Source: Desulfatiglandales bacterium (GTDB taxonomy: Bacteria; Desulfobacterota; DSM-4660; Desulfatiglandales; HGW-15). Taken from it: 64,000 bases of DNA. Below the pieces are notes generated by a model. It saw nothing but the letters and a program-made list of their open reading frames with translations, was not told the origin of the DNA and did no database searches. The position numbers and the translations under genes were made by a program. Positions 33,642 through 44,685 of this stretch are shown one piece after another (within the stretch, counting starts at the first letter, position 1; each line of letters opens with the position of its first letter). The stretch covers positions 1,408,001-1,472,000 of the forward strand of contig CAXXJJ010000004.1 of NCBI GenBank assembly GCA_963667015.2, in the 5' to 3' direction.

Positions 33642-35627
33642 ATGACATTATCTAAAGATGAGATACTAATTTTCAGGGAAAGGGTTGACCTCCTTTTTAA
33701 AAACCAGGGGCTGGCTTATGCAGCTACACTGGGAATCGGATTAATACTTTCGCTTGTTCACTGGAATACATCCAACAGGACATTTATTGTTTTCTGGATG
33801 ATTGCCCAGATTATAATCATACTCCTGAGGATGATCATTAAAAGGCAATACCAGAAACGTAACTGTGAAAACCCTGCGATCTGTTACAGAGTATTTCTGG
33901 CGGGGACATTAATTTCAGGAATGGCATGGGGACTGGCTGGAATCTTTCTCCATCCCGAAAACTCTCTCTGGTTGCAGATGATGACTATTTTTGCCATAGG
34001 CGGCATGGTAGCCGGCGCCTCGGCAGTATATTCCCCATCAATATCAGCCTTTTTAATATTCAGTATACCTTCACTGGCCCCTGTTACAATTCATTCCTTT
34101 TTATATGCCGGAAACTATCATACACCCATGGGGGTAATGATTATACTATTCCTAATGATCATGGGTTTTACCTGCAATCGTAACAGAAAGATATTTGAGG
34201 CATCCTTAACCCTGAAAATCGAAAAGAATGACCTTATAGAATACCTTTCAAAGGCCAAGGCTGAAACTGAACAGACAAACCAGAAACTCATAGCAGAAAA
34301 TAAACAGCGAAAAAAAGTCGAGGAAGAGCTGGAAAGGCACAAAAAGAATCTGGAATCCGAAATAGAAAAAAGGACAGCTGAACTTATTAATCGCAATGAA
34401 GAGCTGAAACTTGAGGTTATGGAAAGGCAGAAGGCTGAATCGGCCTTCAGGGCTTCAGAGGAACGCTACAGGATATTGATTGAGAATGCCAAAGTGGGCG
34501 TCCTCCTTATACAGGATGGAAATATAACCTTTGCCAATTCCATATGTTCCAAGATGTGGGGATATGATCAGAAAGAGATAATTGACAGATCTTTCCTGTC
34601 GTTCATCCACCCTGATGACCATGAATTAGCGATTAACAATCACAGGAAAAGACTTATGGGTGAAGGTATAGAAGACAGTTACCCTATCAGGATAATTAAT
34701 AAACAGGGTGAAACCCGGTGGATTCAGATAAACGCAGTATGCATGATATATAATGAAAAACAGACAATCTTAACATTCTTAAATGATATTACTCAGCAAC
34801 GACAGCTGGAATTACAAATCCTGCAATCGGAAAAAATGGCTTCCATCGGTCAGCTTGCAGCCGGTGTTGCTCATGAAATAAACAATCCGGTAGGCTTTGT
34901 GAGCTGTAACTTTAATACTCTTGGCGGATATCAGCGGCAACTCTCCGAATTAATTGTTAAATATAAAGAACTTGCAGCATTGGTCAGCGAATTCCCAGAA
35001 CCTCAGGAAAAGGTTTTCTCAAAATTAAACGAGATAGGAACGCTTGAGCAGGAAATAGACATCGACTATGTCATGGATGATTTTCCACAGGTGATAAAGG
35101 AAAGTGAGGACGGTGTTAACAGGGTTAAAAAAATAGTCTCTGACCTTAAAAATTATGCCCATCCGGGTAGTGAAAAAATGCAGCTTACCGATATTAACAG
35201 AAATATTGAGTCTACATTGAATATGGTCTGGAACGAATTGAAATACCATGTTGAAATAGAAAAGGATCTGAATGATATTCCCGCTATCGAATGCTATCCT
35301 CAGCTTTTAAACCAGGTCTTCATGAACCTGATTGTAAATGCGGCGCAGGCCATTGAGACCAAAGGTAAAATCAAAATCAAAACAAAAAGAAGCAACACAC
35401 ATATAGAGATACATATAAGTGATACAGGTATTGGAATCCCCAAGGAAAACCTGCCTAAAATATTTGATCCGTTCTTCACGACAAAAGATGTTGGCAAAGG
35501 AACCGGCCTGGGACTGCATGTATGCTATAATATTATCAACAAACATAACGGGACGATCAATGTAGAATCCGATGTTGGTAAAGGAACCTCCTTTACTATC
35601 AGTCTGCCTATTTCTGTGTCAAATTAA
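33642..35627 (+). CDS. Membrane PAS-domain sensor histidine kinase
   Basis: N-terminal TM helices, PAS, AHEINNP H-box, [14 protein letters not shown]. Confidence 0.93.
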   Translation: MTLSKDEILIFRERVDLLFKNQGLAYAATLGIGLILSLVHWNTSNRTFIVFWMIAQIIIILLRMIIKRQYQKRNCENPAICYRVFLAGTLISGMAWGLAGIFLHPENSLWLQMMTIFAIGGMVAGASAVYSPSISAFLIFSIPSLAPVTIHSFLYAGNYHTPMGVMIILFLMIMGFTCNRNRKIFEASLTLKIEKNDLIEYLSKAKAETEQTNQKLIAENKQRKKVEEELERHKKNLESEIEKRTAELINRNEELKLEVMERQKAESAFRASEERYRILIENAKVGVLLIQDGNITFANSICSKMWGYDQKEIIDRSFLSFIHPDDHELAINNHRKRLMGEGIEDSYPIRIINKQGETRWIQINAVCMIYNEKQTILTFLNDITQQRQLELQILQSEKMASIGQLAAGVAHEINNPVGFVSCNFNTLGGYQRQLSELIVKYKELAALVSEFPEPQEKVFSKLNEIGTLEQEIDIDYVMDDFPQVIKESEDGVNRVKKIVSDLKNYAHPGSEKMQLTDINRNIESTLNMVWNELKYHVEIEKDLNDIPAIECYPQLLNQVFMNLIVNAAQAIETKGKIKIKTKRSNTHIEIHISDTGIGIPKENLPKIFDPFFTTKDVGKGTGLGLHVCYNIINKHNGTINVESDVGKGTSFTISLPISVSN

Positions 35628-35688
35628 GACAGTCAATAATTAAAAGAATAGAATTGTTTTTATTATCATATTTAGATAAAAAAGATAT

Positions 35689-36507
35689 ATGAAAAAACAT
35701 TATAGACATTTATTATATTTATATGGAGTCACGATCTGTATTTTAATTCAGCTTTTTCTGCCTGCCACCGGCATGGCAAAAGATCTCGGTTTTTATCCAG
35801 GTGAAAAGCTTACCTTTGATGTCCACTGGACTTTTGTTAAGGCTGCAAAAGTCACACTTGAGATACTGCCCAATGAAAATATTGATGGAAAACCTGCTTT
35901 TCATTTCCTGTACACGGCAAAAACAAGTAAGTTTGTTGATGCATTCTATAAAGTCCGCGACAGGATAGAATCCTTTACCGACATAGATTTAACACACTCG
36001 CTGCTCTATAAAAAAAGACATGATGGCAAGTCTTTAAGAGATATTTCAGTTGAATTCGACTGGAATAAAATGGAAGCTCGATACATTGATAACATTAATA
36101 AGGAAAAGGAAATTGCTCCTGTTCAAATCAATGAAAACACCTTTGATCCGCTTTCGGTATTCTATGCATTCAGGACTGGTCAGCCAGACAAAAACAATGA
36201 AATAATAACACATGTCTCTGATGGGAAAAAAATTGTAAAGGCTACAGGAAAAATACTGAAAAAACAAAAAATAAAGGTCGCGGGTAAATCCTACGATACA
36301 CTCCTGGTTGAACCCGAGATAGAAGGCGTGAGCGGGGTTTTTAAAAAAACCAGTGATTCGAAGCTGAGAATATGGGTTACAGATGATAAAAGGAGAATCC
36401 CTGTAAGAATAAAAAGCAAAGTAACTGTGGGAAGCTTTATAGCAGAGCTTGTATCATATACATCAGGTAAAAATGATGATTGCCTTCCTCCCGGGCAGGA
36501 AAAATAA
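35689..36507 (+). CDS. Exported protein, DUF3108-like
   Basis: Signal peptide, PGEKLTF, FYKVRD, IWVTDDKRRIPVRI. Confidence 0.75.
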   Translation: MKKHYRHLLYLYGVTICILIQLFLPATGMAKDLGFYPGEKLTFDVHWTFVKAAKVTLEILPNENIDGKPAFHFLYTAKTSKFVDAFYKVRDRIESFTDIDLTHSLLYKKRHDGKSLRDISVEFDWNKMEARYIDNINKEKEIAPVQINENTFDPLSVFYAFRTGQPDKNNEIITHVSDGKKIVKATGKILKKQKIKVAGKSYDTLLVEPEIEGVSGVFKKTSDSKLRIWVTDDKRRIPVRIKSKVTVGSFIAELVSYTSGKNDDCLPPGQEK

Positions 36508-36516
36508 TTACTGCAA

Positions 36517-36957
36517 TCACTCGGAATCATCCCAAATATCATACCCAGGCTTAACATAACCATAGGGTACTACCCTGCCCCTGACTGATATCCCTGCCCT
36601 GTGAACAGATTCAGGGTCACCTGACACCAGAGGATGCCACCATTCAAGATCATGCCCTTCGGAAATACGCCTGTAGGCACATGATTTAGGAAGCCATTTA
36701 AAATCTGTAATATTTTCAGGGGTTATTTTTAAACAGTCGGGTTCAACCGAAAATCTTTCTTCATAGATGATACAGGAACAATTATTTAGATTGAGAAATC
36801 TACAGGCTATTGGAAGGACCTCTATTTTACCTGACTGAGGATCTTCAGTCTTTTCAAGACAGCATTTGCCGCAATTGTCGCACAGGCGCTCCCATTCATG
36901 GAGGCTCATCTGGTTTAAAGCCTTTTTCTTCCAAAACCTGTCGATATCTTTTTCCAT
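36517..36957 (-). CDS. YcgN/UPF0260 cysteine-cluster protein
   Basis: EWERLCDNCGKCCLEK, WLPKSCAYR, WHPLVSGD. Confidence 0.9.
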   Translation of the reverse strand: MEKDIDRFWKKKALNQMSLHEWERLCDNCGKCCLEKTEDPQSGKIEVLPIACRFLNLNNCSCIIYEERFSVEPDCLKITPENITDFKWLPKSCAYRRISEGHDLEWWHPLVSGDPESVHRAGISVRGRVVPYGYVKPGYDIWDDSE

Positions 36958-37079
36958 TTGTTGGTATGAATTCTGTGAGGAAAAACCGGATTAAAAATTG
37001 ATGTCAAAAAACCGGGAGTTGCAGGATATGCATAAGAAAAATGCCCTGTTAAGTTCAACCGGCAGGAAAAATTTGATTT

Positions 37080-37262
37080 TCAGGTTCGGGCCTCCGTCTC
37101 TTTTGCTTCCTTTACTTCTCCTGTTTCTTTTTTGGATTTGGACTTTTGTTTCTTTTTCAGACAAACCTTGTCTTTTCTTACAATAGCGCAAAGCTTGGGA
37201 TGTTCATAATCTTTACAGTTTGAGTGATTATATAACGGGCATTCAGGGTATTTTTGGGACAT
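37080..37262 (-). CDS. Small basic four-cysteine protein
   Basis: 60 aa, CPLY..C..C..C, Lys-rich tail, purine-rich RBS-like sequence upstream. Confidence 0.6.
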   Translation of the reverse strand: MSQKYPECPLYNHSNCKDYEHPKLCAIVRKDKVCLKKKQKSKSKKETGEVKEAKETEART

Positions 37263-37286
37263 TTTAGCATTCCTTACCTTTCCACA

Positions 37287-37577
37287 TTAGTTCTCTTCTT
37301 CATTCACCTTATCTCTTAAAACCCCTGAGCACTTAAAAACAACCACCCTCCGGGCTTCCAGTGTCAGATCCTCCCCTGTCGCTGGATTTCTCCCCCGCCT
37401 GTCCTTTTTTTCCTTAATACAGAATTTTCCGAATCCGGATATAAGGACATCTTCCTTATTTTCCAGTGTCTTTTTCATCTGCTGCAAAAGAGTTTCAATA
37501 ATTGAAGCTGATTTACTTTTTGGGATATCAAGGTTGTTATATAAAGAATTCACCAGATGATCTTTTGTCAGGGTCAT
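37287..37577 (-). CDS. ihfA: Integration host factor subunit alpha
   Basis: ISGFGKF, RGRNPATGE, RRVVVFK. Confidence 0.9.
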   Translation of the reverse strand: MTLTKDHLVNSLYNNLDIPKSKSASIIETLLQQMKKTLENKEDVLISGFGKFCIKEKKDRRGRNPATGEDLTLEARRVVVFKCSGVLRDKVNEEEN

Positions 37578-37832
37578 TGATCAACACTCCTGTGAGAATT
37601 AGTTCATGTTTACCAAGGAGACAATATTCCGTATTTTTGGCTAAAAAATATAGTTAAATCCCTTATTTGTCAAGGAATAGATTTTTAAACAGCCAATTAA
37701 AGGATTTATCGGAAATTATCCGAAAGAAGATAATCAAGAAATTGGATAAATACTATTGTCAAATTCAGAAATACTGGTTATTCTTACTAATTATCCGAAT
37801 TACTAACCAAAAAATTCAATGCGGGTGCGCCA

Positions 37833-38972
37833 ATGAAGATGAAAAAATATTTCTATCTTGCAGTCATAGTAATTTGTTCATTTTTTCTGGGGTATTACAT
37901 GAAAAACCAGAATATACCAGATTCAGATCAAATCGAACAACTACCTGAATATTCACCAGAAACAACCTTCCTTGTCAATAAAAACACTGTTAATGAGACC
38001 TATGAAGCAGTAGGAACGGTAAGACCGCGAACTGAAACCAAAATAGAGGCACAGGTAACGGGAAAAATCCTTTCTGTTTATGTAAAGCCGGGGGATTTTG
38101 TAAAAAAGGGAGACAGATTGATCCAGCTTGAAAACAATGAATTCAAGACAAGATATGAAAGGGCGCAGCAGGGTTTAAGGTCAGCTGAGGCCAACAGGGA
38201 GCAGGCAAAAAAAATGATCGAGTCAGCCCGGGCCCGATTTAATAAGGCCGAATCCCATTATAACAGAGTCAAACAACTGCTGGCAGATAAAGCACTTTCA
38301 ACAAGTGAGATGGAACAGGCTGAATCCGACTTTATCCAGGCAGAAGCTGAATTAAAACAGTACAATCAGGGCCTGGAGGGTGCAGAGGCAAGCGTAAAAC
38401 AGGCCCAGAAGGTGATTGAAGAAGCACAGATTGCAATGGATTATACTGACATAAAGGCGACAGAGGATGCGGAGATAGCCCGCCGTCTGGTCGAACCCGG
38501 TGACCTTGCTGTTCCTGGAAAAACCCTTCTTATAGTCCAGACAGTGGGCAACATGAGGCTGGAGGCCTTTGTCAGGGAGGGCTTAATAAGCCGGATACGT
38601 CCCGGCCTCGAGATGCCTGTAGAAATAAGTGCAATCAACAGGATGGTTACGGGCATTGTAGAAGAAATAGTACCGTCAGCTGATCCTAAGACCCGTTCAT
38701 TTCTTGTTAAAGTTGGCCTTCCCTTCGTGCAGGACATTTACCCTGGGATGTTCGGGCGCCTGCTGGTTGAAGCCGGTACGAAAGAGGCAATATTTATTCC
38801 CGCTGATGCCATTATTAAAGTAGGCCAGCTTGAGGCAGTAATGGTCAAGGTAAAAGATTCATGGGAAAAATATTATGTAAAAACAGGAAAGAAATCCAAC
38901 GGAATGGTTGAGATTCTGTCCGGTCTTGACGGCGGAGAGATTATAGGCATGTCAGGAGATGAAAATGCCTGA
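37833..38972 (+). CDS. RND efflux periplasmic adaptor (membrane fusion protein)
   Basis: Lipoyl/coiled-coil MFP layout (VKPGDFVKKGD, DPKTRSF, PGMFGR). Confidence 0.9.
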   Translation: MKMKKYFYLAVIVICSFFLGYYMKNQNIPDSDQIEQLPEYSPETTFLVNKNTVNETYEAVGTVRPRTETKIEAQVTGKILSVYVKPGDFVKKGDRLIQLENNEFKTRYERAQQGLRSAEANREQAKKMIESARARFNKAESHYNRVKQLLADKALSTSEMEQAESDFIQAEAELKQYNQGLEGAEASVKQAQKVIEEAQIAMDYTDIKATEDAEIARRLVEPGDLAVPGKTLLIVQTVGNMRLEAFVREGLISRIRPGLEMPVEISAINRMVTGIVEEIVPSADPKTRSFLVKVGLPFVQDIYPGMFGRLLVEAGTKEAIFIPADAIIKVGQLEAVMVKVKDSWEKYYVKTGKKSNGMVEILSGLDGGEIIGMSGDENA

Positions 38973-41900
38973 TACACAGGAAAAACATGGGCTGATCGTT
39001 GGTATAGTAAAGACCTTTCTGTCTTCACGCCTGTCAATACTCTTTATCATAGCTGCATTTTCCCTTGGGGCAGTAAGTATACTTTTTACTCCCCGTGAAG
39101 AGGAGCCACAGATAATTGTTCCGCTTGCGGATATCCTCGTACAGGTGCCCGGGGCAAGCGCAGAAGAGGTAGAAAAGCTTGTTACAACTCCCCTTGAACG
39201 GCTCCTGTGGCATGTGGACGGGGTTGAATATGTATACTCCATGTCAAAAAGAGACTCCGCACTCGTAACAGTCCGGTTTTTTGTTGGAGAAGACAGGGAA
39301 AAATCCCTTGTAAAACTTCATAATGCAATAACCATGAACCTGGATCTTGCACCCCGGATAGTAAAGAACTGGATTGTAAAACCTGTAGAGATCGATGATG
39401 TTCCTATTGTTACTCTTACTCTGTATTCCAAAAACTACAGTGACCATGAACTGAGAAGAACAGCGGAAGAGCTTATTTCAAGACTCACCGAGGTTGAAAA
39501 CATCTCCCGAATCGGAATAACAGGAGGAAGACCGAGGGAAATCAGGGTTGAACTGGATCCTGAGCGCATGGCAGGGTATAATATCTCACCCCTTGAAATT
39601 TACAAAATGCTGGGCAACAGCGACACCTCGATCACTGCGGGAGATTACTACAGCAACAACCGGCAGATAACACTGTATAGTAATCTGTTTCTGCGTTCTA
39701 CAACCGATGTTGAGGAAATTGTAGTAACAGTCTTCGACGGAAAACCTGTATATTTAAGAGACGTGGCCAATGTAATCGACGGCCCTGTTGAAGTGGAAGG
39801 TTATACTCGAATAGGTTTTCCCGCTGGAAGAGAATCAGATAATGGATCAAAGGCATCATATCCTTCGGTTACGCTCTCCCTGTCAAAAAAACGCGGCACA
39901 AACGCGGTTACAGTTGCCAATGAAATCATAAATAAGAGCAATGAATTGAAGGCTTCAATCATTCCTTCGGGAATGGAAATGAAAATTACAAGAAATTATG
40001 GAGAAACAGCCCAGGACAAGGTCAACAACCTGCTGGGCTCATTGTTCTTTGCAATCCTGACCGTAGTTGCACTGCTGGCCTTTACCCTTGGCAGAAAAGA
40101 GGCGATTATTGTTGCCCTGGCTGTGCCCATAAGTTTTTCACTCGCCCTTGCGGCCAACTACCTGCTTGGTTACACAATAAACAGGGTTACCCTTTTTGCG
40201 CTGATCCTCTCCCTCGGACTTGTGGTAGATGATCCCATAACAAATGTCGACAATATACGAAGGCATATCCTTATGGGTAAAAGAGACCCCGAAGGAGCAA
40301 CCCTTAGCGGTGTCTCGGAGGTAATCCCGCCGGTTATAATGTCCACCCTTGCGATCATTGTATCCTTTACTCCCATGTTCTTTATAACCGGCATGATGGG
40401 GCCTTATATGGCACCCATGGCAGCAAATGTACCGCTTACAGTCAGTGCATCAACTGTTGCAGCGTTGACTGTGGTTCCATGGCTATCCTTCATGCTGCTG
40501 AAGAATCTCAAACATACAGGGGATAAAAAAACAGAAGACAATAAAGCAGATGATGATAAAAGCGTACCCCAATGGATAACGCGCAGTTATGAATTCATGA
40601 TAAACCCATTTCTTGAATCCGGGCGAAAAAGGGGATTATTAATAATCTGTATCATCGTTCTCATGGCCATATCATCACTGCTCCCGATCGTAGGGGGTGT
40701 TCCCCTGAAAATGCTGCCATTTGATAATAAAAATGAGTTCCAGATCGTAATAGATATGCCAGAGGGAACCACACTCGAAACAACCGACAGGGTAGTTACA
40801 GCCTTTGAAAAATATTTGAGCCATGTGCCGGAAATTACCATGTTTACCACCTTTACCGGCATGGCATCACCCATGGATTTTAATGGCATGGTAAGGCACT
40901 ATTACCTCAGGAACGGGGATAATGTTGCTGACATAAAGATAAACCTTGTGGACAAATCACTAAGGGATGCCCAGAGCCATGAAATTGTTCTCAGGCTCAG
41001 AACCGACCTGGAAAAAATAGGCGCTGACTATGGAGCAGATATAAAAATAGTAGAGGTTCCTCCCGGTCCGCCAGTACTGTCAACAATAACTACCGAGATA
41101 TATGGGAATCCGGACACCAGCTATGAAAGCATCATCCAGGGGGCCGAACAGATAAAGGAACTTATGATAAATGAACCTTTTGTTACGGACATTGATCTAT
41201 CAGCCGAAACAATTAAGACCGATATGAATTTTATGCTGGATAAGGAAAAGGCAGCACTTCATGGTGTTTTATCTGAAAATATCACTCAGACTCTTCGTAT
41301 GGCACTGACCGGGGAATCCCCTGCAACCGTGCACTTGAAGGAAGAACGCCAACCCCTGGATGTCAGGCTTGTTCTTCCCAGGTCAAAGAGATCGTCGATC
41401 GCAGACCTTTCACAGATACCTATAAAAGGGGCATCAGGGGATATTGTTCCATTAGCCGAGCTGGGCAGTTTTATACAAAAACCCTCCGATCAGACTATTT
41501 ACCATAAAAACCTTAAAAGAGTAGCCTTTGTCTATGGCGAAATGGCAGGAAGATCTCCTGTTAATGCCGTACTGTCCATGCAGAAAAAACTTAAAGCTAC
41601 TCCCCTGCCGGATGAACTCAGGGCTGAATGGGCAGGAGAAGGCGAATGGAAGATAACAGTAAGCGTATTCAGGGATCTTGGCCTTGCCTATGGCGCAGCA
41701 ATGATAGGCATATTCATTTTACTTGTCATCCAGACCGGATCCTACCTGATGCCACTTCTGATAATGACCGCAATACCTCTCACGATAATAGGCATTATGC
41801 CGGGCTTCTGGCTTCTTAATTTATTTTTTGCCCATCCAGTTGGAGACTATCAAAATCCAATTTTCTTTACTGCAACAAGCATGATCGGAATGATAGCGCT

Positions 41901-42189
41901 TGGCGGGATAGTAATAAGAAACTCTCTTGTACTGATCGAATTTATCCAGGATGCACTTAAAAATGGCCTTCCACTTAAAGAAGCAATACGTAAAAGCGGT
42001 GCAGTAAGGATGAGACCGATTATCCTTACTGCCCTTACGACCGCTCTCGGTGCATGGCCAATAACCCTGGACCCTATTTTTTCAGGTCTTGCATGGGCTC
42101 TCATTACAGGTCTTTTCGCTTCAACTGCATTCACTCTTATTTTTATACCGGTGGCCTATTATATCTTTTTCAATCGGAGATACTCCTAA
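38959..42189 (+). CDS. AcrB/AcrD/AcrF-family RND permease
   Basis: TPREEEPQI, GLVVDD, RMRPIILTA; 1076 aa. Confidence 0.93.
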   Translation: MKMPDTQEKHGLIVGIVKTFLSSRLSILFIIAAFSLGAVSILFTPREEEPQIIVPLADILVQVPGASAEEVEKLVTTPLERLLWHVDGVEYVYSMSKRDSALVTVRFFVGEDREKSLVKLHNAITMNLDLAPRIVKNWIVKPVEIDDVPIVTLTLYSKNYSDHELRRTAEELISRLTEVENISRIGITGGRPREIRVELDPERMAGYNISPLEIYKMLGNSDTSITAGDYYSNNRQITLYSNLFLRSTTDVEEIVVTVFDGKPVYLRDVANVIDGPVEVEGYTRIGFPAGRESDNGSKASYPSVTLSLSKKRGTNAVTVANEIINKSNELKASIIPSGMEMKITRNYGETAQDKVNNLLGSLFFAILTVVALLAFTLGRKEAIIVALAVPISFSLALAANYLLGYTINRVTLFALILSLGLVVDDPITNVDNIRRHILMGKRDPEGATLSGVSEVIPPVIMSTLAIIVSFTPMFFITGMMGPYMAPMAANVPLTVSASTVAALTVVPWLSFMLLKNLKHTGDKKTEDNKADDDKSVPQWITRSYEFMINPFLESGRKRGLLIICIIVLMAISSLLPIVGGVPLKMLPFDNKNEFQIVIDMPEGTTLETTDRVVTAFEKYLSHVPEITMFTTFTGMASPMDFNGMVRHYYLRNGDNVADIKINLVDKSLRDAQSHEIVLRLRTDLEKIGADYGADIKIVEVPPGPPVLSTITTEIYGNPDTSYESIIQGAEQIKELMINEPFVTDIDLSAETIKTDMNFMLDKEKAALHGVLSENITQTLRMALTGESPATVHLKEERQPLDVRLVLPRSKRSSIADLSQIPIKGASGDIVPLAELGSFIQKPSDQTIYHKNLKRVAFVYGEMAGRSPVNAVLSMQKKLKATPLPDELRAEWAGEGEWKITVSVFRDLGLAYGAAMIGIFILLVIQTGSYLMPLLIMTAIPLTIIGIMPGFWLLNLFFAHPVGDYQNPIFFTATSMIGMIALGGIVIRNSLVLIEFIQDALKNGLPLKEAIRKSGAVRMRPIILTALTTALGAWPITLDPIFSGLAWALITGLFASTAFTLIFIPVAYYIFFNRRYS

Positions 42190-42222
42190 CGCAGATTAAT
42201 TTCATTAAAAAAAGGACATTTA

Positions 42223-43827
42223 ATGACCGAACAGCCTGAGATATCCATTTTAAAAAAAATAATCAATGAACAGGGTAAAGAAATAGCCGAATTGAAGGAG
42301 GAAAACACCCGCCTGAAGTTGAAAGATGAACGATACACCAATCTTTTCGATAATACCCCGGCAGCCATTACTCTTGCTACCCTCAAGGGCAAACTTATTG
42401 CAGCAAATAAAACAATGGTCAGCATGACCGGATACTCCCTGGATGAGCTGGAAAACATGAACATGCAGGACCTGTACGAAACCCCTGGAGACCGAAAGAC
42501 CCTTATTGATATGCTTATAAAGGAAGGGACACTAATCAATACACCAATGAGACTGAAGCGCAGGGACGGTTCAGTCTATAATGCATTACTGACATTATCA
42601 AAGATACAACAGACTGAAAATGAAGATCTCTACCAGTGTATATGTATCGATGTTTCCGAGCGGGATAAAATTGAAACAGAAAAAAAGGTGCTCCAGGAAC
42701 GGCTCGAGCAGTCAAGAAAACTGGACTCCATTGCAGTACTTGCAGGCGGAGTAGCCCATCAGTTTAACAATGCCCTCGCAGCTATAGTTGGAAATATTGA
42801 ACTTTATGAAATAGCCGCAAAAACTGCCAATGAATATTCCCGTTTTATAAAGCCCATAAAGGAAACCGCATATCGTATGGCAGACCTTACCGAGCAGCTT
42901 CTTGATTATGCAAGGGGAACAGAATTTAAGCCTAAAAACATATCGTTAATTGACTTTATAAAAGACACGTTGCCGCTCATCAAACATACGCTCAAACCCG
43001 GCATAACACTCCACACCGATATTCCCGAACAGGTTCACCCGATTGACGGGGATTATTCCAAGCTGCAGATGGTATTGTCCGCGATAATATCCAACTCTTC
43101 CGAGGCAATCGAAGAGTCCGGTAATATATGGATTAAATGCAGAGAAACCGATTTATCAATGGAAGATGCAAGAAAGATACCTGACATAGGACCTGGACGG
43201 TATATCGAACTGTCAATCAGTGACGATGGAAAGGGCATGGATGAAAAAACCAGAAAAAGGATATTTGAGCCCTTCTTTTCAACAAAGTTTTATGGAAGCG
43301 GACTCGGTATGTCAGCGGTATACGGCATCATAAAGAAACATGATGGAATAATTTTCATTGAGTCTGCTGAAAGCAAAGGAACAACGATAAAAATATACTT
43401 CAGGGCCGTTGAGAAAAAACCGGATATACCTGAAGCAGGCAGGGGCAGACTGCAGAAAGAAACAGGAAATGTGCTGCTGGTTGAAGATGAACCCATGGTT
43501 ATGAGTGTTAACGGGGCAATACTTGAAACACTGGGATTTACTGTATTAAAGGCAAAAACAGGACAGGAGGCAATTGATATTGCGGAGTCCTTTTCCGGGG
43601 AAATAGACCTTTCACTGCTTGATATTCAATTACCCGACATGGATGGAAAAGCCGTCTATTCAAACCTTATTAAGCATAGACCGGATATACGCGTTATTGT
43701 ATGCAGCGGGTATTCATCTGATGGTCCGGCTAAGGAAATAATCGATGCCGGGGCGCAGGATTTTATCCAGAAACCGTTTTCTTTAAAGGTTTTATCGGAA
43801 AAGATAAGAGACGTGTTAAACAACTGA
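42223..43827 (+). CDS. Cytoplasmic PAS hybrid histidine kinase/response regulator
   Basis: PAS, AHQFNN H-box, FEPFFSTK, C-terminal receiver (LLVEDE, LLDIQLP, QKPF). Confidence 0.92.
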   Translation: MTEQPEISILKKIINEQGKEIAELKEENTRLKLKDERYTNLFDNTPAAITLATLKGKLIAANKTMVSMTGYSLDELENMNMQDLYETPGDRKTLIDMLIKEGTLINTPMRLKRRDGSVYNALLTLSKIQQTENEDLYQCICIDVSERDKIETEKKVLQERLEQSRKLDSIAVLAGGVAHQFNNALAAIVGNIELYEIAAKTANEYSRFIKPIKETAYRMADLTEQLLDYARGTEFKPKNISLIDFIKDTLPLIKHTLKPGITLHTDIPEQVHPIDGDYSKLQMVLSAIISNSSEAIEESGNIWIKCRETDLSMEDARKIPDIGPGRYIELSISDDGKGMDEKTRKRIFEPFFSTKFYGSGLGMSAVYGIIKKHDGIIFIESAESKGTTIKIYFRAVEKKPDIPEAGRGRLQKETGNVLLVEDEPMVMSVNGAILETLGFTVLKAKTGQEAIDIAESFSGEIDLSLLDIQLPDMDGKAVYSNLIKHRPDIRVIVCSGYSSDGPAKEIIDAGAQDFIQKPFSLKVLSEKIRDVLNN

Positions 43828-44658
43828 AAGCCCTTCTGAAAGGGTATCGGAAAGGTGCAGAAAATCATCAAGACTAAGGGTCTCAGCCCTTCTTAAGGGG
43901 TCAATGTTGCATATTTCAAGGGCTCTTGCTACCTGATCATTTTCAAAATGATTTGATATAACCTTCAACGAATTTTTTATAGTCTTTCGCCTCTGGGCAA
44001 ATGCCCCCCTGACTACCAGTTCAAATACCCTGTCATTCTTCGCCCTTACAGGATGAGGCATTTCCAGGTCAACGGCAATAACCATTGATCCAACTTTAGG
44101 TTTTGGGAAAAATACATCCCTCCCAACCTCAAGCAACCGTGATATGCTGGATTCATACCTTGTCATTACTGTAATAGCCCCATAATCCTTACCGCCCGGA
44201 TCAGAGGCCAGCCTGCGTGCGAACTCATACTGCAGCATTAAAAAGGCCTTACTGAAAAATCTTTTATTGGCGATTAATTTCTCCAGCAATGGCGATGAAA
44301 TATTATAAGGCAGGTTGCCGACTACTATAAGTTTCCCCTCCCTGCGGGTTGCCAGTTCTTCCAGGTCTGTCTTGAGGATGTCATTATTAATGATTGTTAC
44401 ATTTTCTATATGTTTTTCCTCAAGCTTCTGCTGCAGGTATTCCACCAGGCGCTCATCCTTTTCAACTGCTGTAATGCTGTTTACAACATCTGCCATGGGG
44501 ATGGTAAGGGCGCCCATGCCCGGACCAATCTCAAGGACATCATCCGATTTATCCAGACCGGCCATTTCGATTATCCGGGTGATAGTATTCCGGTCAACAA
44601 GGAAATGCTGTCCGAGACGCTTATTGGGTTTCAAACTGTTTTTATTGTCTTTATTCAT
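43816..44658 (-). CDS. rsmA: 16S rRNA adenine dimethyltransferase
   Basis: LGQHFL, LEIGPGMG, GNLPYNIS, QRRKT. Confidence 0.96.
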   Translation of the reverse strand: MNKDNKNSLKPNKRLGQHFLVDRNTITRIIEMAGLDKSDDVLEIGPGMGALTIPMADVVNSITAVEKDERLVEYLQQKLEEKHIENVTIINNDILKTDLEELATRREGKLIVVGNLPYNISSPLLEKLIANKRFFSKAFLMLQYEFARRLASDPGGKDYGAITVMTRYESSISRLLEVGRDVFFPKPKVGSMVIAVDLEMPHPVRAKNDRVFELVVRGAFAQRRKTIKNSLKVISNHFENDQVARALEICNIDPLRRAETLSLDDFLHLSDTLSEGLSVV

Positions 44659-44685
44659 TATTTTTAAATATTAAATGTGCTTTTA

